From assembly GCA_041648395.1 (NCBI GenBank), contig JBAZPC010000003.1:12801-76800 (forward strand): a DNA stretch of 64,000 bases. Reading direction: 5' to 3'. The DNA is from Minisyncoccota bacterium (GTDB lineage Bacteria > Patescibacteriota > Minisyncoccia > UBA9983). Positions 1 to 9,150 of the stretch are shown one piece after another. A program made the position numbers and the translations under genes. The notes beneath the pieces are model-generated. The model made no database searches and had not been told where the DNA came from. It saw only the letters and a list, made by a program, of their open reading frames with translations. Every line of letters starts with the position of its first letter. Within the stretch, counting starts at the first letter, position 1.

Positions 1-2
1 TG

Positions 3-653
3 TTGAAAGAATTTGAGGAGGTTAGAAAAAGAGACGAATTTTTTGAGAAAGAGCTGGCTGACCTCAAGCAGGCCGTCGGCTCGCTTAAAAATCTTTTGCT
101 TGAACTTGAAGAAAAAATTGACCGGGATTTTAAAGTCGGCATAGAAAAAATAAACAAAGAATTCCAGAAATTTTTTGACGAGATGTTCGGCGGGGGAAAG
201 GCAGAATTGAGAAGAGTTGCGCCAGTAAAGAGGGTAAAAAAAGAAGACCCCGAAGACCCGACGTCCGACGTCGGGGAAGTTGAGAATGAGGAAAAAGAAG
301 AGGGCATAGAAGTTTATGTGAATCTGCCGAAAAAGAGAATTCATTCTTTGGATGCGCTTTCCGGCGGGGAGAGGGCGCTCACTTCCATCGCGTTGCTTTT
401 TGCCATGTCCCAGGTCAATCCGCCGCCGTTTTTGGTTTTAGACGAAACAGACGCGGCTCTTGACGAAGCGAATTCGCAGAAGTACGGCAAGATGCTGAAT
501 AATTTGAGCAAACAAACCCAGCTTATTGTCATCACTCACAATCGCGAAACAATGAAGCAGGCGGGGATTTTGTACGGTGTGACAATGGGCTCGGACAGCG
601 TTTCTAAAATCCTCTCCATAAAATTCACCGAAGCGGAAAAAATTGTAAACTAG
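3..653 (+). CDS. smc: SMC-family chromosome segregation ATPase, C-terminal part (truncated by window edge)
   Basis: ABC signature LSGGERAL, Walker B VLDETDAALD, ITH motif, preceding coiled coil. Confidence 0.85.
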   Translation: MKEFEEVRKRDEFFEKELADLKQAVGSLKNLLLELEEKIDRDFKVGIEKINKEFQKFFDEMFGGGKAELRRVAPVKRVKKEDPEDPTSDVGEVENEEKEEGIEVYVNLPKKRIHSLDALSGGERALTSIALLFAMSQVNPPPFLVLDETDAALDEANSQKYGKMLNNLSKQTQLIVITHNRETMKQAGILYGVTMGSDSVSKILSIKFTEAEKIVN

Positions 654-694
654 GGGTTGCTGATTATTATTTTTTAAGCTATATTTGTGTCTAT

Positions 695-985
695 ATGAAG
701 CAAGAGAAAATACGCGAACAAATTTATAAACAACTTCCTTTAATAAAGAGCAAATATAATGTAAAAAAGATTGGGGTTTTTGGCTCGTTTGTCCGAGGTG
801 AGCAAAAGAAAGGGAGCGATGTTGATATTTTGGTGGAATTTAAAAGTCCTATCGGATTTTTTGAATTTATTCGGTTGGAAAATTTCTTAAGCCACACCTT
901 ACACAAGAAAGTGGACTTGGTTTCTAAAAAATCTATCAAGCCGGCGGTTAAAAAAGAAATTATGAGAGAAGTGCAATATGTCTAA
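695..985 (+). CDS. MNT minimal nucleotidyltransferase (antitoxin)
   Basis: GSFVRGEQKKGSDVDILV nucleotidyltransferase motif, 96 aa. Confidence 0.9.
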   Translation: MKQEKIREQIYKQLPLIKSKYNVKKIGVFGSFVRGEQKKGSDVDILVEFKSPIGFFEFIRLENFLSHTLHKKVDLVSKKSIKPAVKKEIMREVQYV

Positions 986-1322
986 AAGAGGAATTAAACT
1001 TTATCTCGGAGATATAAAAGATTCTATTAGAAAAATAGAAAAGTATACGCGCGGTGTTAATTTTGCTGATTTTTCAGGCGATGAAGAATTGATTGACGCG
1101 GTGGCTAGGAACATTTCTATAATAGGCGAAGCCGTCATAAATATACCCGGTGAAATAAAAACAAAAAATCCTGATGTGGCGTGGAAAGAAATAAAGGGCA
1201 TGAGGAACAAAGTCATTCATGAATATTTTGGTGTTGATGAGGAAATTTTGTGGAAAACTATTCAGGAAGATATCCCAGTGTTCAAAAAGCAAATCAACAA
1301 GCTTTTGAAGGGGATAAAATAA
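978..1322 (+). CDS. HEPN/DUF86 RNase toxin (HepT-like)
   Basis: RNKVIHEY = Rx4H motif; overlaps the MNT gene. Confidence 0.9.
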   Translation: MSKRGIKLYLGDIKDSIRKIEKYTRGVNFADFSGDEELIDAVARNISIIGEAVINIPGEIKTKNPDVAWKEIKGMRNKVIHEYFGVDEEILWKTIQEDIPVFKKQINKLLKGIK

Positions 1323-1446
1323 TCATAAAATTCACCGAAGCGGGAAAGATTGTGAGTTAAGACGCTTTTGTTGATTAAAAATAAAATATAGGTTATCTTT
1401 AGATTAGAAGCTTTTAGAAACTTTTTTAAAAAAGGAGGGGATAAAA

Positions 1447-1632
1447 ATGGGTAAACAAAAAGAGATTATCGTAAAATTTGATAATCTTGTGCAGGATCAT
1501 CCTGTTATTACGGGCAAAAAAATTCCCGTATATGCTTCAGTACTTCCCAATCAGTTAGACTCGCTTAGGATGGCGGGGAAACGTGGCAGAGAAGCTGCCG
1601 GAATATTCAAAAAAAGGCTTAGTTCTTTTTAA
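1447..1632 (+). CDS. orphan small protein
   Basis: 61-aa ORF, SD AAAGGAGGGG upstream, terminator downstream. Confidence 0.55.
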   Translation: MGKQKEIIVKFDNLVQDHPVITGKKIPVYASVLPNQLDSLRMAGKRGREAAGIFKKRLSSF

Positions 1633-1650
1633 AATTTAATAGGAGGTAAT

Positions 1651-1684
1651 AAAGAGGCGTAATAACCAAAAGCCTCTTTTTTAT
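1651..1684 (+). terminator. intrinsic terminator
   Basis: AAAGAGGC...GCCTCTTT followed by T-run. Confidence 0.65.
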
Positions 1685-1723
1685 TTGACTTAAAAATGCG
1701 GTTTTGCTAATATTGATTTTGTT

Positions 1724-2059
1724 ATGTTAATGATACGGCTACAGCGGACTGGAAAAAAGCATGACCCGAGTTTTCGGGTTGTTTTGATTGATTCAAGGCG
1801 CGCGGCGAGCAGCGGTTCGGTCTTGGAGATTTTGGGCGACTACAGCGCCACGAGAAAAAAATATAATCTTAACACGGAAAGAATAAAAAGTTTGATGTCC
1901 AAAGGCGCGAAAGTTTCCGACACGGTTCATAATTATTTAGTGAAAGAAAAAATAATAGGAGGCGAAAAACGCGACGTTCTTCATCACACGAAAATAAAAG
2001 CGAAGTTGGCAAAAAAAGCGCCGAAAGAAGCGGCGACACCAGCTCCAGCAACAGCTTGA
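1724..2059 (+). CDS. rpsP: 30S ribosomal protein S16
   Basis: MLMIRLQRTGKKHDPSFRVV; rpsP-khpA-trmD synteny. Confidence 0.95.
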   Translation: MLMIRLQRTGKKHDPSFRVVLIDSRRAASSGSVLEILGDYSATRKKYNLNTERIKSLMSKGAKVSDTVHNYLVKEKIIGGEKRDVLHHTKIKAKLAKKAPKEAATPAPATA

Positions 2060-2181
2060 CAAACACATTTTTTCGTCTATAATGGAGATTAATAATTCCA
2101 GCAATTCAGGACGGTCGAACGTCCGCCCAAGGTGGACAAGCTGGAGAAGATTTATAAGATAAATTTACAGAGTTCAATACA

Positions 2182-2493
2182 ATGGCTGACATAGACAAGG
2201 ACTTTCTTGAGTTCGTCGTGAAGTCGCTCGTTGATACCCCTTCAGCAGTCAAAGTTGACCGAAAGGTTGACGAGATGGGAGTTCTCATGACTTTGAGAGT
2301 TGACCCAGCCGACATGGGCAAGATCATTGGACGCGACGGCAACACTGCCAAGGCGATCAGAACCCTTTTGAGGGTTGTGGGTCTTAAGAACAATGCCAGA
2401 GTCAATCTCAAGATTGAGGAGCCGGAAGGAAGCACGAGGCCTCCGAGGGCATCCAGGAGCGTTGACGAAGCGATAGAGGACCTAAAGATATAA
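2182..2493 (+). CDS. khpA: KH-domain RNA-binding protein
   Basis: DMGKIIGRDGNTAKAIR KH motif. Confidence 0.9.
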   Translation: MADIDKDFLEFVVKSLVDTPSAVKVDRKVDEMGVLMTLRVDPADMGKIIGRDGNTAKAIRTLLRVVGLKNNARVNLKIEEPEGSTRPPRASRSVDEAIEDLKI

Positions 2494-2525
2494 TCAAAGA
2501 CGAAAAACCATGCTAATATACAAGC

Positions 2526-3194
2526 ATGGTTTTTCATTTGGTTACGATTTTTCCCGAGGCGATTAAGAGTTATTTTGACAGCTCTATTTTGAAGCGCGCG
2601 CAGGAAAAAAAAATGGTGAAAATAAAATTTTACAATCCGCGGGATTTCGCGAAAGATAAACATAAGCGGGTTGATGACAAGCCGTTTGGCGGAGGACCGG
2701 GGATGGTAATGAAGATTGAACCGCTTGTTAAAGTAATTCAATTTGTAATCTCAAAAATAAAACCTGCCCGACAGCAAGGCGGGTCTCAAAAATCAAAAAT
2801 TATTATTTTAGCGCCGACAGGAAAACAATTTACACAAAAAATGGCTCAAGATTTTGCCAAGAAATACAAAAATATTATTTTAATTTCTGGCCACTACGAA
2901 GGAATTGACGAACGAGTGGCGAAAATTTTCAAAGCGGAAAAAATTTCCGTCGGCCCATATGTTTTGACGGGCGGGGAATTGGCGGCGGGGGTTGTTATTG
3001 ACGCCGTCTCGCGCCACATCCCTGGCGTGCTCGGCAAAGCGGAATCGCTTGAAGAAAAAAGGGGAGCCCTCGGTTTACAGGTCTACACCCGGCCGGAAGT
3101 TTTCAAATGGCGCGGTAAAAAATACCGCGTGCCGAAGGTTTTATTGTCTGGCAATCACAAAAAAATAGAAGAATGGAAACGATTGACACATTAA
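2526..3194 (+). CDS. trmD: tRNA (guanine-N1)-methyltransferase
   Basis: DDKPFGGGPGMVM, GHYEGIDER, YVLTGGE. Confidence 0.97.
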   Translation: MVFHLVTIFPEAIKSYFDSSILKRAQEKKMVKIKFYNPRDFAKDKHKRVDDKPFGGGPGMVMKIEPLVKVIQFVISKIKPARQQGGSQKSKIIILAPTGKQFTQKMAQDFAKKYKNIILISGHYEGIDERVAKIFKAEKISVGPYVLTGGELAAGVVIDAVSRHIPGVLGKAESLEEKRGALGLQVYTRPEVFKWRGKKYRVPKVLLSGNHKKIEEWKRLTH

Positions 3195-3221
3195 TCAGTT
3201 ATAGTAAAATGGAGAAATAAT

Positions 3222-4373
3222 ATGGAAAATCTCACAAGAACACAAACTATATTCTTGGTTTTATTGGTCAGCTTCGTGGTTTCAGTTGCCACGGGTATTG
3301 TTACTGTCACCTTGGTAAATCAGGCGCCGCCGCCTCTGACCCAAAGCATCAGCAGAATAATTGAAAAAGTTATCCCGGGCGGGACACAGCAAGTACAGCA
3401 GATAATTTCCGACACGCGAGAAGAAATGATAACAAACGCCGTTAAGAATATTTCTCCCGCGGTGGTGAGCGTTATAGCCACTAAAGATGTCCCTGTTTTT
3501 GAAGAATATTATGTAAATCCTTTCGGCAACGACAGTTTTTTTAATTTTCAAATTCCTCAATATAGGCAGAAGGGAACGGAGAAGAAGCAGGTTTCCAGCG
3601 GTACGGGATTTTTCGTTTCGGCGGACGGATTTATTGTCACAAACAAACATGTGGTGCAGGACACAGAAGCGGAGTACACGGTTATCAAAAATGACGGTAA
3701 AAAAATTAATGCGAAAATTTTAGCGAGAGATTCTTTTCAAGACGTCGCTATTTTGAAAGTGGAAGGAAAAGATTTTAGTTTTATACCTTTGGGTGATTCC
3801 GGCAAAATAGAAATAGGCCAGACGGCAATTGCTATCGGCAATGCTTTGGGTGAATTTCAAAATACCGTTTCCGTCGGCATAGTGTCGGGGTTGAACAGAA
3901 ATATTGTTGCGAGCGGGGAGGACTTGCAGGGCTTGATTCAGACGGATGCCGCCATCAATGCCGGCAATTCTGGCGGGCCCCTCTTGAATTTGTCTGGTCA
4001 GGCGATCGGCATTAATACGGCCATGGCAAGCGGAGCGGAAAATATGGGTTTTGCCCTGCCGATAAATATTGCCAAAAAAGACATCCAGGACACAAAGGAC
4101 TTCGGCAAAATAAAATATCCATATCTGGGCGTAAGATATAAAATAACGGACCAAGGAGTTATTTTAACAAAAGGACAGAACGGCGAACCGGCTATTTATC
4201 CAAATAGTCCAGCGGCCAAAGCTGGCCTCAAAGAAGGAGATATTATTAAAAACGACTTATCGGCTCTTTTGAATCAGTATCGCGTGGGCGATAAAGTTGA
4301 TTTAAAAATTATTCGCGACGGGAAAGAAATAGCAATATTTATTACTCTCGAAGAGCGTCCAGAGAATCTTTAA
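3222..4373 (+). CDS. HtrA/DegP-family serine protease with N-terminal TM and PDZ domain
   Basis: TNKHVV, QTDAAINAGNSGGPL. Confidence 0.92.
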   Translation: MENLTRTQTIFLVLLVSFVVSVATGIVTVTLVNQAPPPLTQSISRIIEKVIPGGTQQVQQIISDTREEMITNAVKNISPAVVSVIATKDVPVFEEYYVNPFGNDSFFNFQIPQYRQKGTEKKQVSSGTGFFVSADGFIVTNKHVVQDTEAEYTVIKNDGKKINAKILARDSFQDVAILKVEGKDFSFIPLGDSGKIEIGQTAIAIGNALGEFQNTVSVGIVSGLNRNIVASGEDLQGLIQTDAAINAGNSGGPLLNLSGQAIGINTAMASGAENMGFALPINIAKKDIQDTKDFGKIKYPYLGVRYKITDQGVILTKGQNGEPAIYPNSPAAKAGLKEGDIIKNDLSALLNQYRVGDKVDLKIIRDGKEIAIFITLEERPENL

Positions 4374-4382
4374 AAAAATAAA

Positions 4383-7109
4383 ATGCCTCCATTTGGAAAT
4401 TTTACAACTAAAGCGCAGGAAGCGGTGCGCAAAGCCCATGAAGTGGCGATTGAGCGCGGGCAGAATCATGTTGATGTGATTCATCTTTTGGCCGCTTTGA
4501 CCATGCAAGACGAAAGCATGGTTCTTTCCGTTTTGGACAAATTGCAGGTGGACGTCGTTTTTTTATCCGATTCTATTCTTGACCACATAAGCGAAACGGA
4601 AAAGTCGTCTCTACTTACGCCTTCTTACCAAATTTTTCTCACCACGGAATTGGCGAAAGTTCTTGAGGCCTCGCACAAAATAGCGAGATTCATGAAAGAC
4701 GATTACGTTTCCACCGAACACCTTTTTTTGGCCATTCTGGAAATTCCTTCAAGTGCCAGAGATATGCTCGCAAAATTCAGAATAACAAAAGAAAATACGA
4801 TGAGCGTTTTAAGCGAACTCCGCCAGGCGAATGTCACGGACGTTGATATGCCGAACAAGTCCAAAATTTTGGAAAAATATTCCAGAAATCTCACCAAGCT
4901 CGCGCGCGAAGACAAACTTGACCCGGTGATAGGAAGAGAGGGCGAAATAAAAAGAGTGATGCAAATTTTAAACAGAAGAACGAAAAATAATCCCATACTC
5001 ATCGGCGAAGCCGGAGTGGGGAAGACGGCCATTGTGGAGGGCTTGGCGCAAATGATAGCCAAGGCGGATGTGCCGGAATCGTTGCGCGACAAAGAACTTA
5101 TTTCTCTTGACCTGGGCGCTTTGGTTGCCGGAACGAAATACAGAGGAGAATTTGAAGAACGCTTAAAAACCGTGATGCGCGAGATAGAGCGCGCCAGCGG
5201 GAAAATTATTCTTTTTATAGACGAGATACACACCATTGTCGGCGCGGGCGCCGCGGAGGGAGCCATAGACGCTTCCAATATGCTGAAACCGGCGCTTTCC
5301 CGAGGGGAACTTCACGCCATCGGCGCCACCACCATAAAGGAATACCAAAAGCACATAGAAAAAGATATGGCCTTAACCAGAAGATTTCAACAGGTTTACG
5401 TTGAGGAGCCGTCGATTGATTCCGCCGTTTCAATTATGCGCGGGCTGAAGGAAAAATATGAGCTTCATCACGGCGTGAGAATTACGGATGACGCCATAAA
5501 ATCGGCCGTGAATTTTTCCAGCCGCTACATAACGGACAGATTTTTGCCGGACAAGGCCGTTGATCTCATTGACGAAGCGGCGAGCGCCATGCGCCTTGAG
5601 TTGGACAGCATGCCGGAGGAACTTGAAATAGCGCACAGGGAAATAATGAAATTGGAAATAGAAAAAGAGGCGCTAAAAAAAGAAGCGGAAGGAAAAGATG
5701 AAGCGGCGAACAAGGCGAAAAAAAGAATAAAGGAAATTGAGAAGAGTGTGAGCGATCTCAAGGAAAGAATTTTTTCGCTTGAATTAAAATGGAAAAACGA
5801 AAAGGAATCAATCGCGAACATCAGACAGCTGAAAAAAGATTTTGAAATATTTAAACTGGAAGCGGACACGGCCGAGAGAAAAGTTGATTTGGCTCGCGTG
5901 GCGGAGTTGCGCTACGGAACCTTGCCGTCTTTGGAGAAAAAAATAACGGAAGAGGAAAAGCGATTAAAAAAACTACAGATATCAAGACGCCTATTGAAAG
6001 AAGAGATAACGGAAGAAGATATCGCTGCCGTTGTTTCGCGCTGGACGGGCATTCCGGTTTCCAAAATGCTGGAGAGCGAGGCGGGCAAACTAATGAAACT
6101 TGAAGATGAATTGAGGAAAAGAGTGGTGGGTCAAGATGAAGCTATAATAAAAATCGCCAACGCCATCAGGCGTTCGCGGGCGGGAATTTCTTTTGAAGAC
6201 AGGCCAATCGGTTCGTTTATGTTTTTAGGTCCCACAGGAGTGGGGAAGACGGAGCTCGCCAAGGCCTTGGCGGAATTTATGTTTAACGACGAAAAAGCGC
6301 TCATCAGGGTTGATATGTCAGAATATATGGAACGGCACACCGTTTCCAAATTTATCGGTTCGCCGCCGGGATATGTGGGGCACGAAGAGGGAGGCCAACT
6401 CACGGAGCTTGTCCGCCATCGCCCCTACTCCATAGTTCTTTTTGACGAAATAGAAAAAGCGCATCCGGAGGTGTTCAACATCATGCTTCAAATTTTAGAC
6501 AACGGCCGGCTTACAGACGCCAAAGGCAGGCACGTTAATTTTAAAAATTCCGTTTTGATAATGACATCAAATATCGGCTCTGAATTCGTGCGCAAAATGG
6601 AAAATCTCGGTTTTGCTGTCGCTAAAAACGGCGAAGAAGAAACAGAAAAACAGCTGAAGGAAAAAATAACGCAGGCGCTTGAAGATAAGTTCAGGCCGGA
6701 GTTTTTAAACCGCTTGGACGAGATAATTATTTTCAACAGCCTCACCCACGAAAATCTCAAAAATATCGTAAAAATCCAAATCGGCATCGTTGTTAGCCAA
6801 TTGGCAAAAAAAGATATTGGTCTTGATATTTCCGACCAGGCCCTTTCTTTTTTGGTAAAAGAAGGTTATAATCCGCATTACGGCGCGCGCCCTTTAAAAC
6901 GCTTAATTCAGAATAAAATTTTGAACCAAGCGGCCAATCTCATCATTGCCGGCAAAGTTAGAGAAGGAGGAATTATTTCCGTTGATGTCAAAAACGGCGA
7001 CTTGGCGATAGAGGCCTGCCCGACGGCAAGGCGGGCGGCGGCAAAAGGCAGAGTTAGGGGTAGGTGGCGGAGTGGTCAATCGCACCAGACTGTAAATCTG
7101 GCGGCCTAA
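4383..7109 (+). CDS. clpB: ATP-dependent chaperone ClpB
   Basis: Two AAA modules (GEAGVGKT, GPTGVGKT), long coiled-coil M domain, GSPPGYVGH. Confidence 0.95.
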   Translation: MPPFGNFTTKAQEAVRKAHEVAIERGQNHVDVIHLLAALTMQDESMVLSVLDKLQVDVVFLSDSILDHISETEKSSLLTPSYQIFLTTELAKVLEASHKIARFMKDDYVSTEHLFLAILEIPSSARDMLAKFRITKENTMSVLSELRQANVTDVDMPNKSKILEKYSRNLTKLAREDKLDPVIGREGEIKRVMQILNRRTKNNPILIGEAGVGKTAIVEGLAQMIAKADVPESLRDKELISLDLGALVAGTKYRGEFEERLKTVMREIERASGKIILFIDEIHTIVGAGAAEGAIDASNMLKPALSRGELHAIGATTIKEYQKHIEKDMALTRRFQQVYVEEPSIDSAVSIMRGLKEKYELHHGVRITDDAIKSAVNFSSRYITDRFLPDKAVDLIDEAASAMRLELDSMPEELEIAHREIMKLEIEKEALKKEAEGKDEAANKAKKRIKEIEKSVSDLKERIFSLELKWKNEKESIANIRQLKKDFEIFKLEADTAERKVDLARVAELRYGTLPSLEKKITEEEKRLKKLQISRRLLKEEITEEDIAAVVSRWTGIPVSKMLESEAGKLMKLEDELRKRVVGQDEAIIKIANAIRRSRAGISFEDRPIGSFMFLGPTGVGKTELAKALAEFMFNDEKALIRVDMSEYMERHTVSKFIGSPPGYVGHEEGGQLTELVRHRPYSIVLFDEIEKAHPEVFNIMLQILDNGRLTDAKGRHVNFKNSVLIMTSNIGSEFVRKMENLGFAVAKNGEEETEKQLKEKITQALEDKFRPEFLNRLDEIIIFNSLTHENLKNIVKIQIGIVVSQLAKKDIGLDISDQALSFLVKEGYNPHYGARPLKRLIQNKILNQAANLIIAGKVREGGIISVDVKNGDLAIEACPTARRAAAKGRVRGRWRSGQSHQTVNLAA

Positions 7110-7142
7110 CGGCCTTCGGGGGTTCAAATCCCTCCCTGCCCA
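7058..7142 (+). tRNA. tRNA-Tyr(GTA)
   Basis: Acceptor GGGTAGG/CCTGCCC, anticodon arm CCAGA-CTGTAAA-TCTGG, long variable arm, TTCAAAT T-loop. Confidence 0.93.
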
Positions 7143-7155
7143 CCCGCTTAAAAAT

Positions 7156-7329
7156 ATGAGTCAAGATAAATTAATAAAACTTCAATGCACAAAGTGCAAG
7201 CGCATCAATTACTGGTCGCGCAAAAACAAGAAAAAATCCGCCTCTGGCGGAGAGCCTCGCAAAATCGAGCTCAAGAAGTTTTGCAATTGGTGCAAAAAAC
7301 AAACACCGCACAAAGAGGCGAAGAAATAA
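7156..7329 (+). CDS. rpmG: 50S ribosomal protein L33 (Zn-binding type); not in the ORF track
   Basis: Manual translation MSQDKLIKLQCTKCKRINYWSRKNKKKSASGGEPRKIELKKFCNWCKKQTPHKEAKK. Confidence 0.93.
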   Translation: MSQDKLIKLQCTKCKRINYWSRKNKKKSASGGEPRKIELKKFCNWCKKQTPHKEAKK

Positions 7330-7341
7330 TTATTCTGAAAG

Positions 7342-8148
7342 ATGAAATTCGGTAGAAAATTTTTCGAGGAGCAAGGGCGCGAGATGGCCGATCCAGAATC
7401 TTCGGCCGAGAAGCTGTTACCTTTTCTCAAAAAAATCTCGGAAAACCTGAGAAACGAAGGAGTGCCGGTTGATGAAAATTGCAGGATTGAAATGCATGAT
7501 TTTTTCGATTTACACGGAAAAGAAACCATAGAAACTGACATTAAGAAAGTAAGGAACTTTGAAAAGAGCAAATATTCTAATATCCCAGAAAAAAGAATTG
7601 AAGAAGAAAAACAAAAAACAAACGGAGAAAAGCTAGAAATGCTAATAGTCGTTTTGTTTTCTAAATTTTTGAAGGATAAATTTATTGTGGCAAGATCTTC
7701 TCGTTATGACGATATTGAGAATGGAGTTGATACCATAATTTTAGAAAGAGAAACAGGGAAATTGGTTTGCGCTCTTGATGAGGTAGCAGACACAGAAGGT
7801 AAACAGTACCATGATAAAGTAGAAAAAATCACAAAGAAAAACAAAAAAGGAAGCAAATTGAAATATGGTTTAAAAATGGAAAACGGCAAACTGTCTAAAG
7901 GGGCAGTGGAAGGCGCGCCGATTTTCTACATAGCCCTATCGGAAAGACATCTTAATGAAGGTATAAAAAACCTATCTTTGTCATTGGAAGAAAAATCTGA
8001 TTATGAAAAAAATTTGTTCAGATATTTTACCAGTTCGCTTCAAAGCCAGTATGATTCTTTGGTTCTAGAAAAGCATGTGGACCAGTTAATAAAAAGCAGA
8101 GTGGAAACATTCAAAGAGGTTCTTGATAAATTCAAAGAAAGCAGATAA
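7342..8148 (+). CDS. hypothetical protein, possibly PD-(D/E)xK-like
   Basis: 268-aa ORF; DDIENGVD..ALDE acidic motif; AT-rich. Confidence 0.6.
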   Translation: MKFGRKFFEEQGREMADPESSAEKLLPFLKKISENLRNEGVPVDENCRIEMHDFFDLHGKETIETDIKKVRNFEKSKYSNIPEKRIEEEKQKTNGEKLEMLIVVLFSKFLKDKFIVARSSRYDDIENGVDTIILERETGKLVCALDEVADTEGKQYHDKVEKITKKNKKGSKLKYGLKMENGKLSKGAVEGAPIFYIALSERHLNEGIKNLSLSLEEKSDYEKNLFRYFTSSLQSQYDSLVLEKHVDQLIKSRVETFKEVLDKFKESR

Positions 8149-8172
8149 TCTTTATTGTATAGTGAAAATTAA

Positions 8173-8243
8173 GGGAGATTAGTTAAATGGTATAATGTTG
8201 GTCTCCAAAACCAACGTCAGGGGTTCGATTCCCTTATCTCCCG
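8173..8243 (+). tRNA. tRNA-Trp(CCA)
   Basis: GGGAGAT/ATCTCCC acceptor, TTGGT-CTCCAAA-ACCAA, GGTTCGATT. Confidence 0.92.
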
Positions 8244-9133
8244 CTAGTCCACTTTATATCTTTGTTTCTTTTAAACCAAGTCATTTGACGTTTGGCGTAT
8301 TGGCGGTTTTCTAAAATCATTTTTTCTAACATTTCTGTTTTATTAATCTTTCCTTGCAGAAACATTGCCGGATATTTGTATTCAAAACCGAGTTCATAAA
8401 GCCGTTTCCAACTTAATTTGGAGTCATGCAACCTTTTTGTTTCTTTAATTAAACCTTGCCGAAGCATTTTTTTAACCCGTTTTTCTATGCGTTTTTGCAA
8501 TTCTTTTTCCGGTAATTTAATGCCAATAAAAAGATACTGACTACTGACTACTGGATACTGACTACTAACTTTTGGCACCTTGCCAAGAGTTTTTGCTATC
8601 TCTATCGCCCTAATCAGCCGTCGCGGATTTTTTGCATCTATGTTTTTTGCCCTAATTGAATTTAACTTTTTCAGCATTTTGAATAATTTTTCCACAGGCA
8701 TTTTTTCCAGTTTCTTGCGCAATTTCCAATTTGGCGCCACTTCGGCGATTTGCATTCTACCCAGAAGAATATCAATGTAAAAACCAGTTCCGCCACAGAT
8801 GATCGGTGTTTTCCCGCGCGCTAAAATATCCGCAATCGCTTTCTCTCCACATCTTTTAAAGTCCAAGGCAGTAAAAATCTTTTTCGGCGAAGCAATATCA
8901 AGGCAATAATGTGACACGCCTTTCATTTCTTTTTTACTAATTTTCCCCGAGCCGATATTTAGCCCCTTATAAACCTGCCTAGAGTCAGCGGAAATAATTT
9001 CAGCTCGCCCTGACTTATCCCGAACATTGTTGAGGGAGCCGAGTCGAAGGGCAAACTTAACTGCCAGCTCGCTTTTACCAGAAGCAGTGGGTCCAATAAT
9101 GACGATAATTTTATCATTTGTCATTTTACGCAT
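8234..9133 (-). CDS. miaA: tRNA dimethylallyltransferase
   Basis: GPTASGKS, ISADSRQVY, GGTGFYI, YAKRQMTWF. Confidence 0.96.
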   Translation of the reverse strand: MRKMTNDKIIVIIGPTASGKSELAVKFALRLGSLNNVRDKSGRAEIISADSRQVYKGLNIGSGKISKKEMKGVSHYCLDIASPKKIFTALDFKRCGEKAIADILARGKTPIICGGTGFYIDILLGRMQIAEVAPNWKLRKKLEKMPVEKLFKMLKKLNSIRAKNIDAKNPRRLIRAIEIAKTLGKVPKVSSQYPVVSSQYLFIGIKLPEKELQKRIEKRVKKMLRQGLIKETKRLHDSKLSWKRLYELGFEYKYPAMFLQGKINKTEMLEKMILENRQYAKRQMTWFKRNKDIKWTSGR

Positions 9134-9150
9134 ATGCTGAATTTGACTAA

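Larger units (their letters stand above)
617..1343 (+). mobile_element. TA cassette bounded by 20-bp direct repeats (617-636 and 1324-1343) duplicating the smc 3' end
   Basis: CATAAAATTCACCGAAGCGG present twice; the second copy continues as a degenerate smc C-terminus (IKFTEAGKIVS*). Confidence 0.75.
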
